From Nitrospinota bacterium (GTDB taxonomy: Bacteria > JADFOP01), in assembly GCA_022562795.1 (NCBI GenBank), contig JADFOP010000001.1:20691-84690 (forward strand): 64,000 nucleotides of DNA, given 5' to 3'. Position 1 is the stretch's first letter; every line of letters starts with the position of its first letter. Positions 39,359-47,595 of this stretch are shown here, one piece after another. Both the position numbers and the translations under genes were made by a program. A model generated the notes under the pieces. That model was not told the origin of the DNA and ran no database searches. It worked only from the letters and a program-made list of their open reading frames with translations.

Positions 39359-40009
39359 ATGATGACGCCCAAGGACGAGCCCCCAATGGCATACCATCCA
39401 TTTGAACAACCAGGTCGGCCCATTACGCTGGGCGCACATCTGGAGAGCGCGCCTCACCTGGCCGAGGGTCCTCCTGCCTGCCCCCTTTGTAGGACGGTCA
39501 TTGACCTTGAGGCGCTCGAGCACTCCGTAAAGGCCAGGCGTAGTCGAGCCTCTCCCGATGAACCGATCACCTACCACCTCTCTTGCTCAATGCCCTGCTT
39601 CAACGAGGGCTGCCCGGTCTACGTTACGCTGGAGGTCACCCTCTCCGATGAGGAATACGACGCCTGGGGCCAGCTGCAAAACAAGCGGCTAGACTACACT
39701 CTCTTTCGCGACGGCCGCCCCATTACCATCGAAGCCGAAGCCGACGCATCGACAACGGCTCCGCCTCCCTGCCGCTGCCCGGCCTGTAAGTGCGAGCTCG
39801 ATCTTGCGAGCCTCATCCCGCAGTCGGAGATCCTCATCTCAGGCGCCCCCATACCGCAATCGGAAGGGCCCCCTCAAAACCGGGTGACAGCCTACACGCG
39901 CTGCCCCCAGTGTGGCATAAACTTGACGTGCGCCTGCTTCGTCCCTAACGAGGAGCTCGGCGACCTGCGGCCCCCCGGCTCACCCGGTCCGGGAGATCAC
40001 TCTCAGTAG
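39359..40009 (+). CDS. cysteine-rich hypothetical protein (multiple CxxC)
   Basis: CPLC, CSMPC...C, CRCPACKC, CPQCGINLTCAC clusters. Confidence 0.4.
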   Translation: MMTPKDEPPMAYHPFEQPGRPITLGAHLESAPHLAEGPPACPLCRTVIDLEALEHSVKARRSRASPDEPITYHLSCSMPCFNEGCPVYVTLEVTLSDEEYDAWGQLQNKRLDYTLFRDGRPITIEAEADASTTAPPPCRCPACKCELDLASLIPQSEILISGAPIPQSEGPPQNRVTAYTRCPQCGINLTCACFVPNEELGDLRPPGSPGPGDHSQ

Positions 40010-40818
40010 ACCTCGCAGGCCACCCCTGTGCTCTCTTGACACCAACCGGCTATGGCGTCGAGACGGTCCCTAGGGACTATCTTTAGTTGAGTGTCGGCGG
40101 GAATACGGTCCAGCGTGTAAAGCTGGACGGCGAGGGGACGAATCTGCTCCACCTTATCAATCCAGGCGGCAACAATATCGTCGGTGGTGTTGTCGACCCG
40201 CCCCTGGACGAACATGCTCTGCACTATGCAGTCGGTCAGGCCGGAAATGTGGGCGATCATCCGTTGGAGGTCGAAGGGACGGTGGGGTAGATTGACAGCT
40301 TGGATGGTCTCCGGGTCGCCGGCGTCAAGCTTCACCTGCCTTTCATCCAGGCGATTGAGCGCCTCGAGGACTTCGGGGCGATGGATGGTCGAGGCACTGG
40401 TGAGTATCGAGAGCTTTACCTCCGGCGCCAGGCGGTCTCGGACGGCGGCCACAACGTCAACGAGCTCGGAGAACTCGGGGTGGAGGGTCGGCTCGCCGTT
40501 GCCCGCAAAGGTGAGGCTGTCGATGCGCGTTCCGTCGGCCGCCAGCCCCTCGAGGGCGTCTTCCAGGGCCGCACCGACCGCCTCGACGGTCGGGAAGAGC
40601 TCGGCCGGAGCCTCACCGACATCGCCCACGTAGAATCCTGTCCAGCCAAACTGGCAGTAGGGACAATTAAAGGAGCATAGTTTGACGTCGAGCGGCAGGG
40701 GGTTAATGCCCAGCGAGGCCCCCAAGCGCCGGGAACGCACGGGCCCGTAGATCAAGGTGGGAAAGAGGTTCCTCTGAATTAGAGAGGAGCCCTGTTGGGC
40801 CGGAAACCTTGGGTCCAT
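40003..40818 (-). CDS. radical SAM protein (COG0731-like)
   Basis: CSFNCPYC (Cx3Cx2C) preceded by YGPVRSRRLGASLGINPLP. Confidence 0.7.
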   Translation of the reverse strand: MDPRFPAQQGSSLIQRNLFPTLIYGPVRSRRLGASLGINPLPLDVKLCSFNCPYCQFGWTGFYVGDVGEAPAELFPTVEAVGAALEDALEGLAADGTRIDSLTFAGNGEPTLHPEFSELVDVVAAVRDRLAPEVKLSILTSASTIHRPEVLEALNRLDERQVKLDAGDPETIQAVNLPHRPFDLQRMIAHISGLTDCIVQSMFVQGRVDNTTDDIVAAWIDKVEQIRPLAVQLYTLDRIPADTQLKIVPRDRLDAIAGWCQESTGVACEVY

Positions 40819-41365
40819 AGGTGCCTACTCCCATTCCACGCAGATAGTGCCATCCATCTTACACGACTGGCATCTGATTCAAAGGGTAATTATCCCACCA
40901 AAATAATCAAGATGAGAAGGGCTTTTTCCTCTCGATCCTTGATTTTTCCAATTAGGCTCCCATATTGGAATAGAATACATAACGTTGTTTTAGCAGCAAA
41001 CCAATAAGGTGTTAAGTTATGAAGAGTTACGAGGAATGTTTTGGTACGCAGACCCCACATGCGCTCCGCTTCTCTGATGGGGCCTGCATCGTGGTCTGGG
41101 CTCCCAATGACGAGCTCAGCGACCTGTCGAGCCTTGATAAGCTGGGCCAAAAGTGTCTCATGTGCAAAGATGAATACTTGTGTTTCGAGCTCTCGCGTTG
41201 CCGAGACTTCATGACGCGGCAAGAAGTGCAGGTAGCTTAAGACGTACCGCAACTTTTCTCTCTCCATAGCTCCTTTTCCTTCAATTCCATCGCAGTAAAG
41301 CACAGATTTTGGTATAATACTCTCATTCTCATCAGCCGCTCTAACTGTCAGGTCTTCCCAGGCAT

Positions 41366-41941
41366 GTGTCGCGGGGACCAACGATGGCCTCTATTTTGGG
41401 TTCAGTGCTTTTCTATCTTATTGTTACCGTGGCTCTGCTGATCATGATCCTGTACGTCCTCCCCGTGGCAGGCGCCTTCTTCTTCACCGGCGGGAGCACC
41501 TTCGTTCCTACAAGCAAGCAAAAGATTGAGAAGGTCCTGGACCTTGTTCCCATGGCCCCAGGGGCGTTGGTGATTGATTTGGGATGTGGCGACGGGCGAT
41601 TTCTCTTGGCAGCCGAGCGGCGCTACGATGTGGAGGCCGTAGGGTATGATATTAATTTGACGGCCTACCTCCTCGCCCGGCTGAACATCCTGTTGCATCG
41701 AGCTCGGGCGCGTGTTTACCTCAAGAACTTTCGAAAAGTAGACCTGGGCCAGGCTGATTACATCTTCTGCTACCTCTTTCCCGACGTGCTTCCAGCCCTG
41801 AAGCGTAAATTTGACGCAGAGCTGAAGGCCGGTTGTGTGGTGGTCTCTTGTGACTACCTAATTGAGGAATGGAGGGAGCCGGAGGTCGTCTCCTACCCGG
41901 TGAATAACAAAGAGGAAAAGATATACATCTATCGCGTTTGA
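41366..41941 (+). CDS. membrane-anchored class I SAM-dependent methyltransferase
   Basis: N-terminal TM helix; VIDLGCGDGRF motif I. Confidence 0.55.
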   Translation: MSRGPTMASILGSVLFYLIVTVALLIMILYVLPVAGAFFFTGGSTFVPTSKQKIEKVLDLVPMAPGALVIDLGCGDGRFLLAAERRYDVEAVGYDINLTAYLLARLNILLHRARARVYLKNFRKVDLGQADYIFCYLFPDVLPALKRKFDAELKAGCVVVSCDYLIEEWREPEVVSYPVNNKEEKIYIYRV

Positions 41942-42219
41942 GAGTCCGAGCTGGAGTTGGCGAGGGTGGAATTGGGAGGCTCACGGACCTCAAGAAGCTT
42001 GTTAGGAGGGCCGTAACTCATTGGTCCAGGTGGTGGGAAACCCTTCCGAGTTTCCCCTCATGCCAACGCCTCCATGCGTAATTCGTCGTATTCGTCCAGT
42101 AATAAAATAGTAATCTGGGTGGTCGGAGGCAGCCCCAAAGCGCCGGATACTTTATAATCCATTGAATATCTTAACGTTAGAAAGAGTACGAAACATAAAA
42201 CAACTTTTTATAATTTCCC

Positions 42220-42249
42220 TTGACACAATCCTGAAACCGGTGGTATTAT
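42220..42249 (+). promoter_or_regulatory. sigma70-like promoter (TTGACA-18-TATTAT) ahead of a ~320-nt leader of the OFA transporter gene
   Basis: Consensus -35 at 42220-42225, -10 at 42244-42249, in an AT-rich intergenic region. Confidence 0.35.
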
Positions 42250-42564
42250 TGGAGCCCTAAGCATCCGATGCATAATCTATCCAAACTTGTGTGCCAAGTC
42301 TACGGCTAGCACCTTTAGAATGGGGTTTTTAGCTACACCAATATAGGGGGGGGTGATAAATAGTTTGTATTGGAGGAAGCCCCCCACAGCCTATTGTGAG
42401 GTTTGGTGGGCTTCGTAGCTCATAAGGGATACTCGAGTTGAAAGGGGGTGAAGAAGCAACAGAAGAAGCAACAAAGGAGAGAATAGTAGTTCAGAAGTGC
42501 TTTTTATGTAGTAGATGAAGTATTCCATGCACTCCACGAAAGAAGTTCTAGAAGGAGCGTCATA

Positions 42565-43821
42565 ATGAATCGTTGGATGATCATGTTTACCGGAACTGCG
42601 ATTAATATCATGCTGGGAGTACTTTACTCCTGGAGCATTTTCGTGGTTCCACTTTCCAAGAAGTTTGGATGGACGCGGGCCCAGCTGAGCTGGCCGTTCA
42701 CCATGTCAATCTTCACCTTCGCTCTAGTGATGGTGGCGGCCGGGAAGTGGCAGGATAAAGTCGGACCCCGGATCGTCTGCGTGACGGGCGGTATCATCAT
42801 GGGGATCGGCTTCATCCTGACGAGCTTCGTCACGTCGTTTCCCGCCCTCGTGGTGACCTTCGGGGTCATCGGCGGGGCCGGGGTGGCCTGTAGCTACGTG
42901 ACGCCCGTGGTTACATCCATGAAATGGTTCCCAGACAAGAAGGGGTTGGCCGCCGGCATCACAGTCTTTGGATTCGGATTCGGCGCCTTCGTCTTCACGC
43001 CAATCGCGGTGGTCCTCATCAAGAATGTGGGCATCATGAACTCCTTCTTGTACCTGGGCTTCATCTGGATAATCGGCGTCGGCGGTTTGGGCATGCTCCT
43101 GCGAGTCCCTCCCCCGGGCTATAAGCCTGAGGGCTGGGATCCTCCGGCCCCGGCGGTCGGAGTCACGGACGCGGTTGCGGTGGACTGGGAGACTAGGGAT
43201 ATGATTAAGACCCCGACCTTCTGGTTGCTGTGGCTTGCCTTCCTCGGCAACGCCAGCGTGGGCATCATGGTGATTTCGATGATCGCGCCCTACGCCAAGA
43301 CGTTGGGAATCAGCGCGGAGACGGCGGCCTTCTTCATCGGCTACCTCTCCATCACCAACGGCTTCGGACGCATCATCGCCGGGTGGCTCTCCGACGCCAT
43401 CGGGCGGACCAGGGCCATGGTGCTCATCTTCTCCATCACGACGGTGAACGTATTCCTGCTGCCGATTATGGCGAAGACAGCCGCCGGATATGCAGTCGGC
43501 CTGATGATCTGCGGCGCTTCCTACGGGGCGAACTTCGCCCTCTTCCCCGCGGCCACGGGGGCGTTCTTTGGCTCGAAGAACCTCGGGGGTAACTACGCCG
43601 CCGTCTTCACCGCATGGGGTGTCGGAGGCGTCATTGGACCGCAGTCCAAGGCCGCGATGTTGCGGAAGTACTCCGCCGGCCTCTCAGGCGAGGAGCTTGT
43701 GAGCGCGAGGCTCCAGGCTTACAAGATTGCCTTCTACATTGGGACGGCCATGGGAATTCTGGCCGTGGTCACGGCGGTCCTCTGCAAGCCTCCAGGGGCG
43801 CCACCGGAGCCGGCTAAGTAA
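42565..43821 (+). CDS. MFS transporter, oxalate/formate antiporter (OFA) family
   Basis: 12-TM topology; OFA-like N-terminus MNRWMIMFTGTAINIMLGVLYSWSIF; AAGGAG RBS. Confidence 0.8.
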   Translation: MNRWMIMFTGTAINIMLGVLYSWSIFVVPLSKKFGWTRAQLSWPFTMSIFTFALVMVAAGKWQDKVGPRIVCVTGGIIMGIGFILTSFVTSFPALVVTFGVIGGAGVACSYVTPVVTSMKWFPDKKGLAAGITVFGFGFGAFVFTPIAVVLIKNVGIMNSFLYLGFIWIIGVGGLGMLLRVPPPGYKPEGWDPPAPAVGVTDAVAVDWETRDMIKTPTFWLLWLAFLGNASVGIMVISMIAPYAKTLGISAETAAFFIGYLSITNGFGRIIAGWLSDAIGRTRAMVLIFSITTVNVFLLPIMAKTAAGYAVGLMICGASYGANFALFPAATGAFFGSKNLGGNYAAVFTAWGVGGVIGPQSKAAMLRKYSAGLSGEELVSARLQAYKIAFYIGTAMGILAVVTAVLCKPPGAPPEPAK

Positions 43822-43858
43822 GCCAGACGCCACAACGGTGGTTTGTTCAGCAGTACCA

Positions 43859-43898
43859 CGAGGAGGGGTTTCCGGTGGGGACCCCTCCTCGTCTTTTA
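43859..43898 (+). terminator. rho-independent terminator after the MFS gene
   Basis: CGAGGAGGGG...CCCCTCCTCG 10-bp stem followed by TCTTTTAT. Confidence 0.55.
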
Positions 43899-43954
43899 TG
43901 TGACGTGTCCGCGGGTTTATTCGGAATAACTACAAGCCCTGCAATGTTTTTCAG

Positions 43955-43983
43955 TTGAAGCTCTCGCCGTGACTTTGTATATT
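43955..43983 (+). promoter_or_regulatory. sigma70-like promoter of the E2-JAB-E1-Ubl operon (TTGAAG-17-TATATT)
   Basis: -35 at 43955-43960, 17-nt spacer, -10 at 43978-43983, ~35 nt upstream of ATG 44017. Confidence 0.4.
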
Positions 43984-44016
43984 GGTAGATACCTTTAACC
44001 TTAGGGCGCGGGACGA

Positions 44017-45156
44017 ATGAAGTCTTCCAGCCCACTTCTTAAGCGAGGTGAGCGCCATCCCCCACCGGAGGTGGCGGATGTGATGGGAGAATACGCCGAC
44101 GCCCTCGGAATGGAGGCCGGCTTCGACGATCCACCGAAGGGGTGGCGCATCTCCCCGCGCGACGGCCGCCTCTGGTGTCTCAACGATGCGGCTCCAATCC
44201 CTCCCACCATCTTTGGCCGCCTACCCGTTTTGCCTCGCGTGCAGCGGGGCGTTATTTTCGGCCATTCTTTGGCCAAGGACGCCTGCACCGCCATTGGCGA
44301 GACCCGCCGCCCAGGCAGGGGGATGCTCATCCGGGATGACGACCGCCTGGCGGTGGCCGAAGTTAAGCGGACGGCCTGTTACCTCTCCTTCGATCTGCTC
44401 TCGTGGCCTGGCCCCATAGCAGCCATCGTGTTACGCAAGGTGCTCGACGCCGCATTGGCCGCCTGCGGAGATAAGCTTGTGGCCAGCAGTCCCCTATCGA
44501 CCGATGCCCGGCAGCTAGCGATTAAGGAGCTTGCCCATCGAACCATGTCGGCCGACGCCGACTGGGCCCGACTGCAGGAGAGGGAGGCCCGTCAAGCCCT
44601 CATGGAGGCCGGCACAAACCACGCTTCCAGCCGCCGTATCCATCTAGAGGAAGAGATCTCCTCTCTGGAAGACAACCTGGCCGAGTTCTCCCGACGCATC
44701 ACGGTTGACAGCCGCCGTCTGTTCAAGTACCAGCGGGAGTTGGTGTCCCTCGAAGGCGAAGAGGGGGGCGATCCGGTTGATTTCGCCGAAGAATACGACC
44801 GGATTCGGGCCCATCCCCTCGTCGAGGAGCTTACAGCCCAAGACGACCGGCTCACGGTCACCACCCTTCCCCTGACCGCAACATTTGAGGACGAGCTCAT
44901 CAACCTCGGACGGTTTGAAATCAAAATGCACCTCAACGGAGACCTCAGGATCACCAACCTCACACGGCGGATGTGGACCTACGATCACCCTCACATTCGC
45001 GAAGGGGTCCCGTGCCTCGGGAACATCCAGGAGGGTGTGGCGAAGCTCATCGGCACCTATCAGCTTGCCGTCGTAATTCAGGTTCTCATCGACTTTCTAC
45101 AGCTCGTCAACCCCAAGGAGTGGATCGTCTCTGCCCAGTACTGGCGGGATCCCTAA
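44017..45156 (+). CDS. E2 (UBC)-like ubiquitin-conjugating enzyme homolog with large N-terminal extension
   Basis: C-terminal YDHPHIREGVPCLGNI matches the UBC HPN...Cys active-site signature; alternative start ATG 44083 after GGAGGTGG. Confidence 0.55.
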   Translation: MKSSSPLLKRGERHPPPEVADVMGEYADALGMEAGFDDPPKGWRISPRDGRLWCLNDAAPIPPTIFGRLPVLPRVQRGVIFGHSLAKDACTAIGETRRPGRGMLIRDDDRLAVAEVKRTACYLSFDLLSWPGPIAAIVLRKVLDAALAACGDKLVASSPLSTDARQLAIKELAHRTMSADADWARLQEREARQALMEAGTNHASSRRIHLEEEISSLEDNLAEFSRRITVDSRRLFKYQRELVSLEGEEGGDPVDFAEEYDRIRAHPLVEELTAQDDRLTVTTLPLTATFEDELINLGRFEIKMHLNGDLRITNLTRRMWTYDHPHIREGVPCLGNIQEGVAKLIGTYQLAVVIQVLIDFLQLVNPKEWIVSAQYWRDP

Positions 45157-45170
45157 GGGGGGCCTCTCAC

Positions 45171-45830
45171 ATGATTGAGCGTGTTCGCGTAAGCCCCGAT
45201 GCCTGGAGCCGGATGCGGCTCTACGTCGAGTGCTGTGACACCGAAATTGGGGGCCTTGGGCTTGGGACCTTGGAAGGTTCAATATTCCACCTCGAAGAGG
45301 TGGTCCTCATCGAGCAGGATGTCACGGAAATGGATACCCTCCTTTCGCCCGACGGGCTTGCCCGCTTCCTCCACGAGCTCGTGGAGGGAGGCGGGAGCCC
45401 GGCTCGGGTCAAAGTCTGGTGGCACAGCCACGTCAACCACGCGCTTAAGTGGAGCAGGCAGGACGAGGAGACCATCCGCCAGCTCAATCACGACTATCTA
45501 CTCTCCCTGATAGGCAATAAGAGCGGCCAATGGCTATGCCGACTCGACCTCGTCGGGCCTCCAGCCCGAACCGTCGAGCCGGTGCCTCTGGGGCCGACCG
45601 AGGTGGCCGGAGCGGTCGATCCGGCCTTGCGGGCCTCCATCGAGCGGGAGGTCGCCGAAAAAGTAAAGTCGTGGGAGCTAGTGCGCATTCCGGGTCAGGG
45701 AGGGTTTTTTTTCGGCACCGAGATCGTGACGAGCGACTATTCCTACGCCCTTGAAAGCTACGGCTCCTTTCTTCTTCCGTGGGAGGGAAGCCACGGCGAC
45801 CCCGCCTCCGGGCCCGAAACGGAGGAATAG
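45171..45830 (+). CDS. JAB/MPN (JAMM) metallopeptidase, deubiquitinase-like
   Basis: Exact JAMM motif WWHSHVNHALKWSRQD (HxHx7Sx2D) with upstream Glu (CCDTEIGGLG). Confidence 0.7.
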   Translation: MIERVRVSPDAWSRMRLYVECCDTEIGGLGLGTLEGSIFHLEEVVLIEQDVTEMDTLLSPDGLARFLHELVEGGGSPARVKVWWHSHVNHALKWSRQDEETIRQLNHDYLLSLIGNKSGQWLCRLDLVGPPARTVEPVPLGPTEVAGAVDPALRASIEREVAEKVKSWELVRIPGQGGFFFGTEIVTSDYSYALESYGSFLLPWEGSHGDPASGPETEE

Positions 45831-45839
45831 GCGGCGGCA

Positions 45840-46487
45840 ATGGATTACTTCCGGCAGATGGACCTCGTTGATCAGGAGGCCCTCGACATCCCGATGGTGG
45901 TTATCGGGTGCGGGGGGATTGGATCGCTGACCACGCTTGCGCTCGCCAAGATGGGCTGTCACAATCTGACGGTCTACGACGACGACATCATTGAGCCTCA
46001 CAACCTCCCAAACCAGGTCTACCGGATGGAGGACACGGGGAAGAAGAAGGTGGATGCCATCGGAGACATCCTGCACTCGTACACCGGAGCACGGATAACC
46101 GTCCGGCCCGAGCGAATAGCCGGCCAAAAGCTTCGGGGCGTCGTCATAAGTGGTGTGGACACCATGGCCGACCGGGTCCGGATCTGGCTCGATTCGGTCA
46201 AGTTAAATCCGGCCGTGCCCCTTTACATCGACGCCCGGATGGGGGGCGAGGTGACCCGGATATATTCCGTTCGCCCCGTCGACCCGTTCCATATCCAGTC
46301 GTACGAGGCGACGCTCTACAGCGACACCGAGGCCGATCCGCTGACCTGCACCGGACGGACAATTATCTACAACACCTTCGCGATTGCTGGTATCATAACC
46401 AGCCAGGTGAAGAAATTTCTCATGGGGGAGCCGTATCACCGGGAGATTCTCTTTGATCTCCACACTTTGACGCTCAACCACAATTGA
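45840..46487 (+). CDS. E1-like ThiF/MoeB-family adenylyltransferase (Ubl-activating)
   Basis: VVIGCGGIGS Rossmann motif, DDDIIEPHNLPNQ, RMGGE, catalytic Cys candidate in LTCTGRT. Confidence 0.75.
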   Translation: MDYFRQMDLVDQEALDIPMVVIGCGGIGSLTTLALAKMGCHNLTVYDDDIIEPHNLPNQVYRMEDTGKKKVDAIGDILHSYTGARITVRPERIAGQKLRGVVISGVDTMADRVRIWLDSVKLNPAVPLYIDARMGGEVTRIYSVRPVDPFHIQSYEATLYSDTEADPLTCTGRTIIYNTFAIAGIITSQVKKFLMGEPYHREILFDLHTLTLNHN

Positions 46488-46515
46488 CCCACCACCAGCA
46501 GAAAGGGGGTTCCTT

Positions 46516-46746
46516 ATGAAGCGGTTGACTGTCGACGAGACTAACATCGAGGTTCGGATGGTCTCGATGGGCCGGGGCGTCCAGAAGTTCGTCCGGGAGA
46601 AGGGTATCAACGTTGGTGATTTCCTCGACCAGATGGGTGTCGACCAAACCATGGACTTCCGTGTCAACGGCGCCCTGTCGGAACGGTCCCGGCCGCTGGA
46701 GCACGGCGACCAGGTGCTCATCGTCCCGAAAATCAAGGGCGGTTGA
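46516..46746 (+). CDS. ubiquitin-like beta-grasp protein ending in Gly-Gly (ThiS/MoaD/Ub-like)
   Basis: 76 aa, C-terminus ...LIVPKIKGG*; beta-grasp-like hydrophobic pattern; AAAGGGGG RBS; last gene of the operon. Confidence 0.65.
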   Translation: MKRLTVDETNIEVRMVSMGRGVQKFVREKGINVGDFLDQMGVDQTMDFRVNGALSERSRPLEHGDQVLIVPKIKGG

Positions 46747-46773
46747 TTAACTTCCAGCCCACACACCCATCAG

Positions 46774-46810
46774 CAGAGGCGGTCTGAACGAGAAGGTTGG
46801 GCCGCCTCTG
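46774..46810. terminator. possible bidirectional terminator hairpin between convergent Ubl and yjbQ genes
   Basis: CAGAGGCGG...CCGCCTCTG 9-bp stem (19-nt loop) then TCCTTCGTC. Confidence 0.3.
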
Positions 46811-46847
46811 TCCTTCGTCGGATTTGGTTGGAGACCTTGCGGCTCCG

Positions 46848-47273
46848 TCAACCCCCAAGCACCTTGATCACGACCCGCTTGCGTCGCCGTCCGTCGAATT
46901 CGGCGTAGTAGACCTGCTGCCACGGGCCCAGGTCGAGGTGGCCGTCGGTCACAGGTACCAGGACTTGATGATGGACCAGGATGCTCTTTAGGTGCGCGTC
47001 GCCGTTGTCTTCACCGGTTCGGTGGTGGGCGTAGTCCCGGCCGAAAGGGGCGAGTGACTCGAGCATTTCATCGAGGTCTTGGATGAAGCCGGACTCGGCA
47101 TCGTTCACGTAGACGGCCGCAGTAATGTGCATTGCGCTCACAAACACGAGCCCCTCCTGGATGCCACTCGCGGCCACAGCAGCCTCGACCTGATCGGTTA
47201 TATTTACGTAATCCCGCCTTTTGTCGATCTCAAACCAGAGATATTCCGTATGGGCGCGCATAGCTCCCTCCAC
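46848..47273 (-). CDS. YjbQ/UPF0047 family protein
   Basis: [22 protein letters not shown] and [15 protein letters not shown] motifs. Confidence 0.75.
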   Translation of the reverse strand: MEGAMRAHTEYLWFEIDKRRDYVNITDQVEAAVAASGIQEGLVFVSAMHITAAVYVNDAESGFIQDLDEMLESLAPFGRDYAHHRTGEDNGDAHLKSILVHHQVLVPVTDGHLDLGPWQQVYYAEFDGRRRKRVVIKVLGG

Positions 47274-47349
47274 GCAGGTTTCCCGTCATGGATTGAAGGG
47301 TTACGACGGGGGGGTAAGACCGCCTGGGCCGCAGGCGGCCTCGGACCCG

Positions 47350-47559
47350 TCACTCGTTCAAACCTAACTTCTGGTCGCTTTTGGTAATGTATCCCTCTGG
47401 GGAGGTGAATCCGTCGCAGGTCTTCAGACTGGTGGGCGAGAGGATCCGTTCCAAAGCCGTTCCATCGCATGAGGGGCAATGGGCCTCGTCGCTTGGGCGG
47501 AGGAAAAGCTTCTCGAACTGGATTTCACACCCGAGACACTGGTACTCATAGATGGGCAT
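47350..47559 (-). CDS. FmdB-family zinc-ribbon putative regulatory protein
   Basis: MPIYEYQCLGCEIQFE...CPSCDG CxxC...CxxC. Confidence 0.65.
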   Translation of the reverse strand: MPIYEYQCLGCEIQFEKLFLRPSDEAHCPSCDGTALERILSPTSLKTCDGFTSPEGYITKSDQKLGLNE

Positions 47560-47595
47560 GGTCTGGTCTCCCCGGGGTGTCGCAGACTCCCCGTG

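Noticed and set aside
40890-41381. 163-aa minus ORF and 73-aa plus ORF (41019-41240) in the AT-rich gap
   Set aside because: They are mutually overlapping, carry no motifs and no clear RBS; left uncalled pending expression evidence.
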